64,000 nucleotides of DNA from Eledone cirrhosa. Lineage: Eukaryota. A program made the position numbers and the translations under genes. Of the stretch, positions 1 to 14,089 are shown one piece after another. The notes under the pieces are model-generated. The model saw nothing but the letters and a program-made list of their open reading frames with translations. It had not been told where the DNA came from and ran no database searches. The stretch is taken from assembly GCA_964016885.1 (NCBI GenBank), contig OZ024745.1, forward strand, positions 15,128,001 through 15,192,000. The letters run 5' to 3'. Every line of letters starts with the position of its first letter. Positions within the stretch are counted from its first letter, which is position 1.

Positions 1-149
1 TTTTATGACAAGCAAAAGATAATGGTCAAGAGAAATGGGATGGGAGAATTGTTTTAGTTCAATGAATATGTCTGGTTCGCTGGGGTGTCAGAATTCAGAT
101 TTTCTATTGAAATAAAGTGGAGATATGTATGTTTATTTGTGTGCTTGTG

Positions 150-475
150 TATGTCTGTGTATGTGTGTGTGTGTAGGAAGATGATTCTATTAGTAGAAAT
201 GGGGGAGGGAGTTGTGTGTGTGTGTGTATATGGGTGTTATGTGTGTGTGTGGGAGTATGTTAAGATGGAGAGAATATATATATTTTGTGTGTGTGTATGT
301 GTGTAGGAAAGTGATTCTATTAGTAGAAATGGGAAGGGAGTTGTGTGTGGGGGTGTGGGGGTGGGGGGTTGTGTGTGTATGGGTGTTATGTGTGTGTGGG
401 AGTATGGTTAGCATGTTAAGACGAAGAGGATATATATTTTGTGTGTGTGTAGGAAAATGATTCCGTTAGTAGGAA
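150..475. repeat. Degenerate ~130-bp tandem repeat in the 3' region of the Penelope element
   Basis: gtgtaggaa(g/a)(a/g)tgattctattagtagaaatggg recurs at ~171, ~301 and partially at ~447, separated by GT-rich tracts. Confidence 0.7.
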
Positions 476-654
476 TATTTTTGAATGAACATATTTTCCT
501 TACTTATTCCTATTTGTTCTGTTGTATTGTCAGCGCAAACGTATGTTAAGGTTTATTTAGTTCGGGTTTTTATCTTCTAAAGTAGAAGGTGTTATGTGTG
601 TGTGTATGTATCTATTTGGATGGTTAGCATGTTATGGTGTTGACATAATGTATA

Positions 655-3170
655 TCAAACCATATTTAATGCTGGTCTATATTTTTGAATAAACATATTT
701 TCCTTATTTATTCGTATTTGTTCTGTTGTATTGTCAGCGCAAAGGTAAAATGGAAGACTTAGAATGTGGGTGTCTTATTACTTGCGCATATATCTAGATG
801 TGCGCTTAGTGGTTTCTGTCTCGTGGTTGGATCTCGTAATTGTTGGCGATGAACTGTCATTCTGTTTCTGAGTGTGAGTTTAGTTTGTCCTATATAATCT
901 TCATTGCATCCTTTACATTTAACGGCATAAATTAGATTTTTTGGATGAGCAAGTGAAGTGATTTTTTACATCAAAATTTTGTCCCGATTGAAATGTATAC
1001 GTGTTGCCTTCAATGAGGTGAGTGCAGGTTCCACAATTAGAGCGACCACATTTCTTGGCAGTAGGTTGTGGGTTTGTGGTAGGTAATTTGGCATTGGTGA
1101 GTAATGTTTTCAGTGATTTCGGTTGTCTTTTGCTTTTGATTATTTTGTGTGCTTCATGGGCTTTTTTCATTCTTGGGTCTTGTTTTAGTAGTGAGATGTT
1201 CTTGTGAATAGTGTTGTAAGCTTCCACATTTCTTGGGTTGTGTGTTGAGATATATGATAGAATATTGGACGTACCTTGAATTTGTTTCTGTTTCCGTAAT
1301 TCATCAATGCCTATTGCTTTAACCCTTTCTATTCCATTATTTATTAGTAATGGTGGGTACTGTCTTTCGAGTAGAATTTCCTTTAATTCTTGAAGTCTTT
1401 TATTTCGCGTTTCATAATTGGAGACAATTGTGCAAATTATTCTTGCTAGGTTAAAAGGAATGTTCGTCTTCGTGTGCTTTGGATGGTTGGAGGTGAATAG
1501 CAGGTATTGTTTGGAATCTGTTGATTTGTAATGTATGTCAGTTTCAATATTTGTGTCTTTTTTTAAGATTAGATTAAGATGTCCAGAAATGGGAGCTGAT
1601 CTTGGCTGTATTCCATTGTGAATTGGATGTGGTTATTGATGCCGTTTATTAAGATTTTGAAATAATTCAGTTGGTCGAGTGTGTGGGACCAAAGAATGAG
1701 ACAACCATCCAAGTAGCGTTTCCAATTCTCGGATAAATATTTGTGGAAGTTCAATCCGTATTTTGATTTGGACTGTTCATATATCTGGACTTCTAAGTAT
1801 GCCATGGCTAAGTTGGCATAAGTTGGAGCGGCTTTTGTCCCCATCGCAGTCCCCGATATTTGCTTGTATGTACTGCCATTGAAATAAAAAAGTTGTTCTG
1901 TAACATAAATTTTAATCCCTCGGTGATGAAGCTTTTTTCTATTCTGCCAGGTATCTCATTGGGATATTTCTCTAGCCAGAAACCTATTGCTTCTAGTCCG
2001 TATTGGTGTGGGATCGTTGTGTAGAGATTCACTACATCGAAAGACACAATAATAGTGTCGTTGTTGACATGTTTGGGGAGGTGGTTTAAGAGGTCCAGAT
2101 CGTCTGTTACAAGGCTTGGTATGTGTTTGAGAATTGGTTTTAGTAGTATGTCTATAAAGTTGCTCAGTCTGTGTGTTTCACATTGTGGGTCCGCTACAAT
2201 TGGTCTTAATTTAAGGTCTGTGGGGTATTGTTTTCACGCAGGCTGAGGTGGATTGTTTACAGGCATCGTTAATTATTTTACACTTGTGGATCTTTGGAAG
2301 TCCGTAAAGATTACTGGTTTTGTATCCAAAATGTGTTAAATAATCGCGTTCCTTTTTAGTTAGGTCTTCCTGGTATCGACAAATCACTGTGTTTAATCTG
2401 GTCATTGTTTTTGATTGCTGGTAATTTTATTTACTCTTTCATAGTAATTAGTATTTTGTAAGAGAGAGAACATAGAATTTTTATATTTTTCAGCCTCCAT
2501 AATGACAACAGTACTTCCCTTGTCCGCTTCCTTAATTATAATGTCCGTATTGTTTTTTAGTTCATGGATAATCTCCCATTCCCTTCGTTTCGAGTTGGGT
2601 TTGGGTTTAGGTTGCGGTAGTTCATGGTATGGTAAAGTTGCTATGTGGTCACAGAATTTGTCCAGAACTCTGTTTCTACCTTTTGTTGGGTTGTAGCTGC
2701 TTTTATTCCGTACAATTGATTGGTCGTTATTCTCCTTGTCAAAAAATTCCTCTGTGAGACGTAATTTTCTACAGAAGTGTGAGATATCGTCATTTATCTC
2801 ATTGAGGTTAGAGTATTGTGGTGTTGGTTTGAATATAAGTCCTTTGGAGAGAAATTTTACTTGTTGGGCTGAGAGGTTTGTATTTGAAAGGTTGATTATT
2901 TTCGGTTTTTTCAACATCGGTTTGTGCCACCGGGTGTCGTGGGTCCAGTAGCTTTGGTCTAAAAAATGATTTTTCTGAAATGTTTTTTCAATAGTACCAG
3001 TAATGCACTGGGTAATTGCTGGCCTTGTGCCTAAAGTAGAAACAATTATTATATCTAATGGCATTTCCGCTGTTGTTGTGTGGTCTTGTACAGAAGTTTC
3101 GGACGTATTGAGGTTCGGTTTGTTGATAGTACGGGTTGTAGATTTTGTCCCTTGTGTGGGTTGGGATCTA
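655..3170 (-). mobile_element. Penelope-like retroelement (Neptune-type), frameshifted RT + Cys linker + GIY-YIG endonuclease
   Basis: Collinear minus-strand ORF pieces: INLSNTNLS..LSKGLIFKPTP..FCRKLRL..IIIKEADKGSTVVIM (2402-3271); LYGLPKIHK (2211-2405); SFDVVNLYTTIP (RT motif A, 1808-2047); MGTKAAPTYANL..WKRYLDG..LPFLDI (1569-1844); CGRSNCGTC linker (919-1227). My manual translation of ~935-655 gives LIYAVKCKGCNEDYIGQTKLTLRNRMTVHRQQ..ENMFIQKYRPALN* (GIY-YIG). Confidence 0.93.
2991..3051 (+). mobile_element. 3' fragment of the abundant tRNA-derived SINE inserted inside the Penelope ORF
   Basis: agtaccagtaatgcactgggtaattgctggccttgtgcctaaagtagaaacaatt is nearly identical to the 3' end of full copies (e.g. 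38134-38321). Confidence 0.9.
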
Positions 3171-3223
<53 letters not shown>

Positions 3224-3379
3224 TAGGGGTGTATATGAAACACTTACTATATGTTTATATACAATGTACATATGAGAGCCTCGCTATCAAAGTAAGAATT
3301 ATTTTCGTTATGTTATGAAAAGGTATATTTTTTCTTTTTTGCTTTGTGAAAACGCCAAAGATATCACAGTGGTATTCAG

Positions 3380-3432
3380 GAATATCATACAGCGCTGTTT
3401 CAAGATTCGTTAATTGCTCATCAGTGACACCC
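3380..3432 (-). ncRNA. Minimal type I hammerhead ribozyme upstream of, and co-oriented with, the Penelope ORF
   Basis: Minus strand: gggtgtca CTGATGA gcaattaacgaatctt GAAAC agcgct GTA tgatattc. Stem I is 8 bp with G.U pairs, stem III is the palindrome ACAGCGCTGT, cleavage triplet GUA; stem II is weak. Confidence 0.8.
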
Positions 3433-4078
3433 ACCCAATCGGTATAGAGAAGAAAATAGACTAGAGTCCATATAGATTTCACGATTACGTTCTTCTGTAA
3501 CAAGTAAACAAGAATAACCTCTCAATTAGGATTCATGATTTAATTTACATGGAATTAAACCCCCTAAGAAAGTATACCTGAACATATCAAACGAATGTAG
3601 AATCTTTTTGTATGACTGTCTCCCTGATATAATCCGTATACTGTGTTTTCACAACCATCCAATGTTTCTCATTTCATATGCTACTTCACTGTGTAATGAC
3701 TTATATAATATTTCAATTTGTATTATGTTTACAAAAGACGTGAAAGAAAGTCACATGTTTACAGTTGATTCTCAGTCTTTTTTCTTTACCGTTATCAAAT
3801 TATTTAATTCCGCCTAAAGATACATTTATTTTTGCCAATATTTTACCTGTGGCACAAAATGCGTACAATAGCTATTTCAAAATAAATTCTTTATTCTGTC
3901 TCACTCGAGGCAAATTATCGATACTTTAGTTTTATATAATCTTTTATTACATTCTGATTTCAATCACTTCAATCTATTGTGTTATGCTCTAACAGAGTAC
4001 ATTGAAGATATTGTTATATTTTCTACTAACTATTTTCCATAACTATTTTACGTTGCTACAGTTCAGTTAACATATAGC

Positions 4079-4222
4079 GGGTACCAGCAGTAGCTGGGGA
4101 GTTAATCCTGCGATTGACCGTCGTTTTATCCCGAGAGAGACTTGTACTCTCAGTTGTTTAACGCCAAGGAAACCGGGGATAAGAACCAGCTTGATGTGAC
4201 TTCGTCTTAGAACAGACTTTAG
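4079..4222 (+). mobile_element. 3' part of a second SINE family (same as 55045-55330)
   Basis: gtaccagc..gctgggga.ttaa.cctgcgat.gac..ggaaaccggggataag..cagacttta matches the reverse complement of 55045-55200. Confidence 0.7.
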
Positions 4223-4299
4223 CTAACGAGGCTGGGCAATAGTTTATATTTTCAATTGTTAAAATAAATGTTTGTACATTAGGAAGCTACATGTAATTT

Positions 4300-4490
4300 G
4301 ATCATGTCTTTAGGTGTGTTGAGTAGACCATAAAAGCAATGAAGAAGAACCAGACGGTGGCCAAAGGCCAGATGGCTCGATGATCTGGACCGATACCTCG
4401 ACCCTAATATGGCCAAAGATGGGAAGTGGTGGAGGTCAACCAAGGAGGGCTTCCTCCAACAGGAGTGAGAAGGCCCCGGATTTTGGATGT
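4300..4490 (+). mobile_element. RTE-clade LINE 3' end (same family as 21677-22270)
   Basis: ccaaaggccagatggctcgatgatct..aatatggccaaagat..gaggtcaaccaaggagggcttcctccaacaggag aligns with the reverse complement of 21700-21830. Confidence 0.7.
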
Positions 4491-5820
4491 AATTTGCAGT
4501 TACATTAATTAACCTACTCGTGTGCAAAATTCCAGAGTATAAGACAGAGTATATTATCTATATATTAGTTACCTGGTATTTTAGAACACTGAACATTTTT
4601 GAGGCTGATAGTTACAGGTCGCGAAAGAGTGTAAATAGAAAGAAATAGTCTTAGAATATAAAATGCCATTCATCTTCTCGATAGAGAAAAAATAACTATA
4701 AATGTATAACCTCGTCTATAAATGTCTGTATTGTCTAATTTCTGAGTAATACTTTCAATTTTGTGAGAGAGTAGAAAATCAGTGGAGCTTGATCTTAAAA
4801 ACAAATGTTGTAAAAACTCTCGTAATTCACCGATCATAATACTACATAGGTATAAGAAAGTAAGGTTATTGTAAAGTTTAAATATTTGCGGTTAAAGTAA
4901 TGCATTTTAAGTAATGATCGCCTGTATTTAGCTTCCAAGTTTGAAATTTACAGTTCGACACAAATAACTAGTAATAAGAAGAGAATACACCATGGTCTGC
5001 CTGACAGGAGAATGTTGAGGTTATTGACTTCTGAAGAGAAACTTGAAATCGCAGAAGTGTGCTTAAATAACGATCAGGCATTTGCGCTTTGCTGAATATT
5101 GTCCAGAGTATATGAGGAAATATGACATGCCATAGTAGATATGAATCTGTTACTACTTCATACTTATTTCACAGCTAAATATGAAATCATTTCTCTGAAG
5201 GAGTAATAAGGTTGTCTCTCCTTGATGCAAGGTTAGATAATTTGAAAATTTCAATCTGCAGAAAAGATCATAGTCTTTCGAAATGCTTCAGGGAGAAAAG
5301 AGAAATGTGTAAATTTTGAAGTTATTAGAAATAATTGAGAACGAAGAGAGTGTTTGAAAATTATGTAGCTTCTAGCATTCCTAAAATTCCCAAATCTCGA
5401 CTCTTTATTGCTGCGTGAAATCAGTCATTTTACGAAGCCTTGACGTCGAGGCTTCGAAATAAAGAAAGAATTCATACTTTTGTTAGAAATAACTGAAAGG
5501 AGACAAATACGGGATATTGTGTTATTTGAAAGCTGCTATTTCCCGTAGGAAATCCTTTTAGAGAGTGCTGTGAGAACATTTCTTAATTTTAAGATTTAAA
5601 GCAAGCAACATTACGGATTTCATTGAGAACGGAAAAATGAAACAGCTTTAACAATCCAAACACGTCAATTCTTTGTATTATTTACAAAATAGACGTTATA
5701 AATAACGTGTGAGACCTCGTCCTGTGATAGCCTATCTTAATAGTTTTCTATCTGACAGTTTAGAATTCTTAAACAAGAACACTTTAAAAGTCAGAGAGGG
5801 AGAAATAAAGTTATGTATAT

Positions 5821-6008
5821 ATCTATATATATATACATACAGAGAGAGAGAGAGAGAGAGAAGGAGAGAGAGAGAGGGAGAGAGAGGGAGAGAGAGAGAA
5901 AGAGAAAGAGAGAGAGAGAGGGAGAGAGAGGGAGAGAGAGGGAGAGAGAGGGAGAGAGAGGGAGAGAGAGGGAGAGAGAGAGAAAGAGAAAGAGAGAGAG
6001 AAAGAGAG
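5821..6008. repeat. (TA)n then (GA)n/(GGAGAGAGAG)n microsatellite
   Basis: Directly visible; explains the spurious RE/SL ORFs. Confidence 0.95.
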
Positions 6009-8194
6009 CTAAGATGTTACATTTGATGTGTCTGTAAGATGTTCTCAGCAGCGAGAAAGTATGAAACAACTACAAACTTCAGCAATCGCTGAACGTCAAC
6101 TAAAAATGAAGTCAACAGATTGATACAATTATTTATGTTCTCAGGGGGAAAACGTTCCAAACCTGTTTCTAGTTACCACACGATAAATAAATAAAAAGAA
6201 AGATATGAAAATCCAATGTTATGCTAGAATCTATAAATATCATGTGTAGGAAAAGCTTTAATCCTCACTGGAAGAGTGTTCACTCATGTTTATGATACGC
6301 TGGGAGACTTGTTATAATTGATATACTGTTCACACTTTATACGGTTAGCGGTTGATTGAAGTTCTTCTATAAGAAAGATTTATAATATCCACGAAGCATT
6401 TTCAATGATTTCTAGCATTTAACAAATCGGGATAATTCTTGTTGTATTTGATGAAAGCGATCGAAGTATTTCTCCATAAGCATTCAATTTCTTTCAGAAT
6501 GTTTCACTATGTTCATATGTGTTTAAACAAATTTACAGATGTTGACGTTTTTCTTCATTTCATTGTTATTATACTTGTGCCACTGGTTGTAATTATGCAT
6601 GTCTGCTGTTGCTGTACTTCTGGTTGTGGTTGTGCATGTGCATACTGTTGTTATATATCTGGGATTGGTGTATATGCTCGCCATTGTTGTATATCCGGTT
6701 GTTATGTATACGCTTGCTGATTTTTATATATCTAACTTTTAATGTTTACACAAATTTCAGCATATGTAACCAATGACTCAGAATAAAATCCTCTTCCTAC
6801 TTTATTATTACACACTTATAAATACACCCATGTTCTTTCTTTATATTACATTGGTAATACGTTTTTATATTGCGACATGAATTAGGAAAGTGATTGATTA
6901 CACTTTCAACTGAATGAAGCCTAAATTTACATAAGGAGTGTTATAATGAAACATGCATTTAAAAAAGTAAGAGAAATAATTCTGGCTGGTTTTTCTCCAC
7001 TATGGAAACATTATCTGCAAGATTGTGTAAGTTATATAATAAACTTTTTCTGTATTTATACTCAATTGTTACCATATATGTGTTAGATTTTTGTATTTTA
7101 AATGTATTGAACATTTTCTGAATAAAATCATTGTCGATTTCAAATTATTACCAGATCACTCACAAATCCTTCTTATCGTCTAGGGATCAATATATCTTGT
7201 TTTTGTTTTGTAAAAGAAAGAATTTCCTCTAATCTAAAGGGTATCTCTGGAATATTGATGGAGATTACGTTTTGTTTAGAAGTATAGTGCTACAGGTCAA
7301 ACACTCGAGAATGGGAAACATTTTTTCATATAAAATATGAAATGATGACAAAGATTATAGGTTGTCACCTGCTTCTAACTCAATATGATTGGCGAACAAA
7401 AGTGTTAGCTTCTGGAGCAATATTAAAGTATCATAGAATGGGGGAGGTTTTTTTTATTCTTTATTCTTTCAGTATTTAGTTTATTTTTAGTATTTTTAGT
7501 ACAATTTGCTTGTTTCACTTAGTGCATCGTGAATTGAATGTAAAAGAACAATTTTGTCTTGTTGATTAATCAATATGAAAAGCAATATCATCGCTACTGC
7601 TATAAATTCTCCAACTGATGACCTCCATTGGTGCCCCCACTGAACAGGATCATCGGAAAGCAATAATAAGTGTTACATTTTTGTTAAACACATTCATGTT
7701 ATATCGTCAGCATTTTAAGAGTGACCCTTTTATCTTAATAGTATCTGCGAGCACTTACATGGCGTTCTTCCAAAGCCAAAAGCTCGTTATATGCAAAGAC
7801 GTATACTAGTACATAGAAAGATAAAGTAGTTACTTTTAAACTTCTTATGGAAGCATGCAAAAGGTCAATTGTACCGAAACGAAATTAATCAGTTTCGTTT
7901 ATATGTTGTAGTTTGGTTTTACAGAAATCGATAGCAGGCTGTAAGAAAAATGAGCTGCAGTTGGAGCATTAATTCACACCAAGTGCATCAACTGTGACAG
8001 CATTCTTCTAAATGTCATGTCATCTATTATAATCTATTCCATGCATGGCATTGAACTTAGTTAGATTAGATTTATCCATCTTTTAAGATATTGATTATTT
8101 GAAACTGAAATAACCTCAACCTTTTATATTAAAATATATACTTAATATATTTATACACAGATTTTACGTGAAATTCTCATTGGTAAATTATGTA

Positions 8195-8480
8195 TGGACC
8201 CGTAACTTGTGAGGGAGGCGTGAGGGCACCAGATTGACGTATGTCGTCTCTAGGGCAAATTTTAAACCTGGTGGAGCCCATCTCCTCTCCAGGCTTCAAT
8301 ACAGCAGATTTCTTCCAGAGAAGGATGGAGAGAGAGTGAGAGAAAGGAAGTGACAAAGAGATATAGAAGGAGAATTGACTGCAGTATTAGACTGCTACTT
8401 TTTTTTATCGACCTTGAATTGATGAAAAGTTAACCTCGCTGGGATTTGAACCCAGAGAGCAGCGGGACAATATACTTGGG
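8195..8480 (-). mobile_element. Old SINE subfamily copy (related to 32198-32510)
   Basis: Shared ggNcccgtaact..tctccagg..aatacagca.atttct.ccag..gagagag segment, followed by a degraded ttttatcgacc..gatgaaa..aacctc..ggatttgaa SINE body. Confidence 0.65.
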
Positions 8481-8686
8481 CATTTTTGAAATCAAACTTG
8501 TAAATTAGTTTATATTTAATTATAAGGATGTATATTTAAATAATATTTTCTCTTATTGTTAAGATATGATAATTCTTTTAAATGAGTTTATAAATATGTG
8601 AATTGATTGACATGTTGTTTTAATTGTAATGTAATTAAATAATAATACTTAAATAAGCCTTAGTGTAAAACCTATGTTTATTGCGT

Positions 8687-8687
<1 letters not shown>

Positions 8688-8749
<62 letters not shown>

Positions 8750-8945
8750 AAGAAGAAGAAAAAGAAGAAGAAGAAGAAGAAGAAGAAGAAGAAGAAGAAG
8801 AAGAAGAAGAAGAAGAAGAAAGATAATGGGGATGACGATAATTCCTATGAAGAGGTGGCGTTACTGTTGTTGCTGCTGTTGCTGCTGCTGTTGCTGCTGC
8901 TGTTGCTGCTGCTGTTGCTGGTGATGACGACTATGATTATGATGA
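8688..8945. repeat. (TAG)n(GAA)n and (CTG/TTG)n trinucleotide tracts
   Basis: Directly visible; source of the polyQ ORF 8861-9268. Confidence 0.9.
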
Positions 8946-9493
8946 TAACGAAGAATGTTCATGGCAATTAGAAAGCAGTTTCCTATGTTTCGACTGGAGA
9001 TATGTTTCATTCCTATGCAAGAAGTTATGCTAAGAGCTATCAGAACATTCCTCCACCGTCTCGTACATAACTGCCTGAACGATAAATTACTGCCAACAAT
9101 GTCAAGTTGAAATATCTTTGTTGCATAAAACATCATAACGCTATTTGTTTTATGCCATTTGGCCAAGTGATCAGAGTGAAGATGTCGTTTCGTCTCACGT
9201 CTGTAGTTTACGTGATACAACTTCGCGATGGCACCTGGTAAGTATTCTCCTCTTTTCGTTTTTAACAATAAAACAGACCTCCATTGATTTCGACGATGAT
9301 TGTTCTAGTTGTTCAATCAATGGAACATCCTGTTCGTTAGTAAGTTAACGTGCGTGTGATTATAAATTCGCAATCACGTGTACCTTTGATGCAATTTTCA
9401 AGGAGAATGGAACTTTTGAATTACAGATAAAGTTCATCCAACTGGCTTCTAAATAGCTTCAAGTTTCTCAATTTTATCCATAAAACTCGAGAC

Positions 9494-9787
9494 CAGGGCC
9501 GGATATAATTGAGGGGTAAAGAGGACAATTAACCACCTCCATGGTGTGTTTGAGGTGGGCACCAGGGACGACCGGAGCGATTTATTTGTGCCCTCTGCTG
9601 AGCTTTATAAATGGTAAGATTTGTTTAATTTAACATCTGTATGTATAACTTTTCAATTACAATTACTTGCGCCTAGCTGACATTGATATGTTAAATTGGT
9701 GGTTTGCTGTGTATTGTAATTTTCGTGTATGAGGGCCCCTCCAAACTTGAAGTGCCCCGATCTCTCCAAGGTCTAAACCTAGCCCTG
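9494..9787. mobile_element. Non-autonomous hAT-like MITE
   Basis: Termini cagggccggat / acctagccctg with a degenerate 8-bp TSD (ctcgagac / tttgagat). Confidence 0.6.
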
Positions 9788-10175
9788 TTTGAGATGTCCG
9801 GGGGCTATAGTCAAGGACACGAGGCCAACCTTGCGCAAAGTGAAATCGAAACCAGTAACTTATGATTGTGTCCACTGTTAATAATAAGAAATCAAATCAC
9901 TTTTGAAACAAATATTTCCTGAAAATGTGGTAAATGTTTTTATTTTGTATTTTTATTTCTATTTTTATTTTGTAAATACTATTTAGTGGTATTGCGTGAT
10001 AACACTTGGTGTTCTAGGAGGAGATGCCTCATAATATGAAACGAAATACTCTGTAAAATGTCAATCACGGCTCGTTTGCAGTGAGATGTGAGAAAATGTT
10101 CACGTTTCATATTTAAATATATATAAATAGTTGCATTGCAGCAGCAATTGTAACAGTATATATATGTAAATATAT

Positions 10176-10285
<110 letters not shown>

Positions 10286-10303
10286 TGATATACATATATA
10301 AAT

Positions 10304-10382
10304 GGCTTCTACAGGATTAAAACTGTTTCATTGGTATGGAATCATCATCAGGCATTCCTGATGATTTCATACGAATGAAACA
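10304..10382. ncRNA. Fold-back pair of hammerhead remnants (same family as 59611-59680)
   Basis: Minus: cCTGATGA tgattccataccaat GAAAC ag ttttaatc ct GTA gaagcc. Plus: ggcattc CTGATGA tttc atac gaat GAAAC. Combined consensus gives stem I ggcttc/gaagcc and stem III ACAG/CTGT. Confidence 0.65.
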
Positions 10383-10435
10383 CTTCTTGTCCTTTTCTAT
10401 ATTAAATAATGATGTTTACGCCCTATTAATGTATC

Positions 10436-10642
10436 AGGTGGATTGGCAGTAAGGGCGGTGGATTGGCAGCATCGGTAGAGGGTCGGACGCCATGCTTTGA
10501 CGCATAGAGTTACGGCCCTTGCCATTCTGAGTTCAAATCCCGCCGAGGTTAACTTTGCCTTTCATCCTTACGGGGTCGATAAAATAAAGTACCAGTAATA
10601 CACTGGACAATTGCTGGCCTTGTGCCAAAAGTAGAAACAATT
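10436..10642 (+). mobile_element. Full-length tRNA-derived SINE with 11-bp TSD
   Basis: A-box-like tggcagcatcgg, B-box gagttcaaatccc, core gcctttcatccttacggggtcgataaaataaagtaccag. TSD attaatgtatc at 10425 and 10640; the 5' head is partly duplicated. Confidence 0.92.
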
Positions 10643-10729
10643 AATGTATCGAGTATCTTTTTAACTGTGGTTTCCCCCGATTTCGGTCGGGGCGTCCCTA
10701 CGAGCGCGCGTAGACATCCACCCACACAC

Positions 10730-10765
<36 letters not shown>

Positions 10766-11433
10766 GATGACAAATTATCGATATAGGTTGTGAATACTCA
10801 TTATTGTGGATAGTTTTAGCGTACGGCGTTGTTTGACTCAACAAGAGGTTTCCTAGGTAGCGAGTTTGTGAGTTCTCGGGAATTCCTACGCAGGTTAATC
10901 TTGGGGTAGTAATAGTGAAAGAATGAAGAATAACATGGTCAACAGTACGAAAAGGGTTTTAATTACATTATTAACAATTGTTTCATTGATTAAGTTGTCT
11001 AAAAATTTCTAATCACTTGAAGTTGTGTCACTCAATTTTAAATACATTGTATGCTTAATCAAATCATTAGAAACTGATTAAAATTATACACGGGGTTTGT
11101 AATATGCTAGGAAAATTCAAATTATCATACAACATCAGTAATAAAGAAAGAAAAAGACAAAAAGAAAAAGTGAGAGAGAAAAAGAAAGAAGAAAAAGAAA
11201 ATATGTACAGTGTTCACGCAGGATTAAAATTTTAAAGAAAGTTTCCTGTCCGGCATTCAGTGGTTTTTAATGAATATCTAACTCCGTTAAATGGAGGATT
11301 TGGGTAATGTCGAGTGCTTTAGGTTAAATCATCATCGCTTACTAACAGGAATCACCAGTTCTACCAATTGGTAAATAACATAAATATTATATACATATAT
11401 ACATATATATATATGTGTGTATGTGTGTGTGAT

Positions 11434-11484
<51 letters not shown>

Positions 11485-11644
11485 GAGAGAGAGAGAGAAA
11501 GAGAGAGAGACAGAGAGACAGAGAGAGAGAAAGAGAAAGAGAGAGATAGAGAGAGATAGAGAGATAGAGAGAGAGAGACAGAGAGAGAGAGAGAGCGAGA
11601 ACTTTTAATTCAAAATGAAGTGACTTTCTCTGTTTCTTACCATA

Positions 11645-11842
11645 CGACGGTCACCTGAAAGGTTCATAGGCTGATAATGAAGGAGTTATGCTAGAGCTGT
11701 GAAATCTTGCAAGCATTAATTTCAACTCTTCTTATTAATAAGTACATTGTTTCTTTCCAGGGACTATGTTGAACAATAAACCTCAATTCGTCATTCCATG
11801 AGGGTATCTTGGTCAGTCTATGAACTTTTCAGCAGATCCTCG
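11645..11842. mobile_element. Mariner-type MITE (copy 1)
   Basis: TA then TIR cgacggtcacctgaaaggttcataggctga ... tcagtctatgaacttttcagcagatcctcg; homologous copy at 26535-26732. Confidence 0.8.
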
Positions 11843-12430
11843 TTTTGGCAAGTAGAAAAGGTTCCTTTGGTAGTAGTACATTTCTATAAGCGAAGAGAGT
11901 CGTTGTGATTTGTTTACTAAAGTACAGACGATACCCAGAGAACGTGATTATGGTGCTTTTCAGAGGTAGTTATGAGCGTGATCAATTTGGATTTAACTGC
12001 TGAAGCATAACGGATGTTAAAACAAATGCCTGCGAAGGCATGGAAATATAATGAGTGGCAACTGCATGTTCTTATACGGTTGCTCGTGTATGTATGTGTA
12101 TATATATATATAGATAAGAATAAACGTACTGCGGGGTTGCTAATGTGTTACATATGAATAAAGTTAGTCCTTCATCAGTGATCTTCCAACCATCATTGGT
12201 ATTTCATCGCTTTAAAGACCATATACCTCCGGTTGGTGCGAGAAACGGCTAAAAAAAGTCGTTGGGACACGTAAATAAAGGGGACACGAGTATAAACAAA
12301 CAAAAATGGTGAAGCAACGAAAAGTGAGGAAGAAGGAGTCAAGTCCCAAATTTCTATGAATTTAAATTCGGTGAAATCGTGAACGAGAGAGAATAAAGAC
12401 CATCAAACCTGGTTGGAATGTGAGAAAGGA

Positions 12431-12519
<89 letters not shown>

Positions 12520-14089
12520 TGTCTGTGTTTGCGTATATATATATATATACATTCATACATATATACATAGAAATATACATGCATTTATATAAACATATAT
12601 ATGTGTGTTTATGCGTGTGTGTGTGTGTGTATGTGTGTGTGTGGGTGTGTGTGTGTGTGCGTAATGGTTGCTCCCTCGCTGATCAAATATTTTCATCTCT
12701 GATGTTTATATAATATGAAATGTTCAAAGGTCAGCGATAATTGTGCGAAATGTCCAGAGCGGCTTCATCAGCACTACAACCTTTCTTATCAAAGCTGCAC
12801 TGTAGACTCACTCCTAATACTTTTACAGTGTGTTGGTTACCAGTCCATCTTTTCTAAGCTACTTCCTTGTTACTCGATAATAACTTACACTGAGTTCGTC
12901 TCTAGTCGTTGTCAGAATATTTGTCAAGAGGGTAAATATATAGGGATCTATAGATGTTTTAGGGAAGATATATATGTACGGTTCTGTTATCTTGTGGCTT
13001 ATTCAAGAAAAAACAAAAAAACAAACAAGTTCTGGCAATCAGTTTTAAAGAATCTTTTATCAGACAGGATTTCTGACAGCCCGCTGTAGGTAGCTGTTGG
13101 TACCTGTAATGTTGGATAACCCATATCACTGAATCTGTCCTTTTCACAGTGAACATGGTGTTACTGAGAAATGCGGATCCTCAACGCAGGACGAAACCTA
13201 GTTTTCTACAATGTGGATCGGAGAACTTAGATCTTAGTGGTGGCCATAGTTTTCGTGTAGTTCGGAGCATCATGCGCATCGGGGCGATGAAGAATGTTGC
13301 TCCTCATTCGTCTGGGTAGGTAGACGTTATAGCAAAAGCTGTATTAATTGTGATTGATTAGAGGCCCATCCGTGGCCTTCGTTGCTGCTCCACCTTAAAA
13401 GGCAAAGCAAGCAATCGATGGCCGAATGATTATATAACTAGTTGTTAAACTTCTATATCCAATGTCCATGTGGTTTATGTGTGCGTATATGTGCGTATCT
13501 GTACGAATGTGTATGTATATTGAACACGTACTTATATTTGTATGTATGTACATATAAGAAAATATAGACATATATATATAGCAATAATAATTACGAAGAC
13601 CAAAATCCGAAGAGGACTCGATAATATAATATATATATTTTTTTTGCTAGCGTCTTCATTAACGTAAACCATAATAAATCACTTTAATATGAAATTATCT
13701 CCCTTACCTCATAACTCTCTTTTATATTTTCTTTCTGTTAATCATTTATCAATAATATGCAGCCCATTTATATTTTTGTATATTAACATACATCTATATT
13801 CCTGTCCCTCTCGTTATGTGAAAAATGTTCTTTTACTCTATCTTTCTCTCTAGTGCTTGTTCACTTCTTTCTATATCTACAGACGATTAGTGTATTTTTC
13901 TTCATCTCTTTTTACCTTTCCTTCTTCACAACGTAAATATACTTCTCTGCTGTTATCCATAGTTTTATTTGTTTTAATCTAACGTCCCAATAACTTTAAC
14001 GGATTATTTAACACTGGGAATCTCTTCAGTTATAGATATGACATTGTAAGATCCGGATATTTCCTTCTTAGATTCTTACTTAGACATTG

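Noticed and set aside
5433-5458. Imperfect palindrome cgaagccttgacgtcgaggcttcg followed by aaa
   Set aside because: No CUGANGA or cleavage triplet context; a short hairpin only.
10436-10560. tRNA gene (A/B boxes)
   Set aside because: No cloverleaf; the boxes belong to the SINE head repeated throughout the window.
12165-12270. Minus-strand CTGATGAaggac and plus-strand GAAACggct..agtcGTT
   Set aside because: The half-motifs are on opposite strands and cannot be assembled into one ribozyme.
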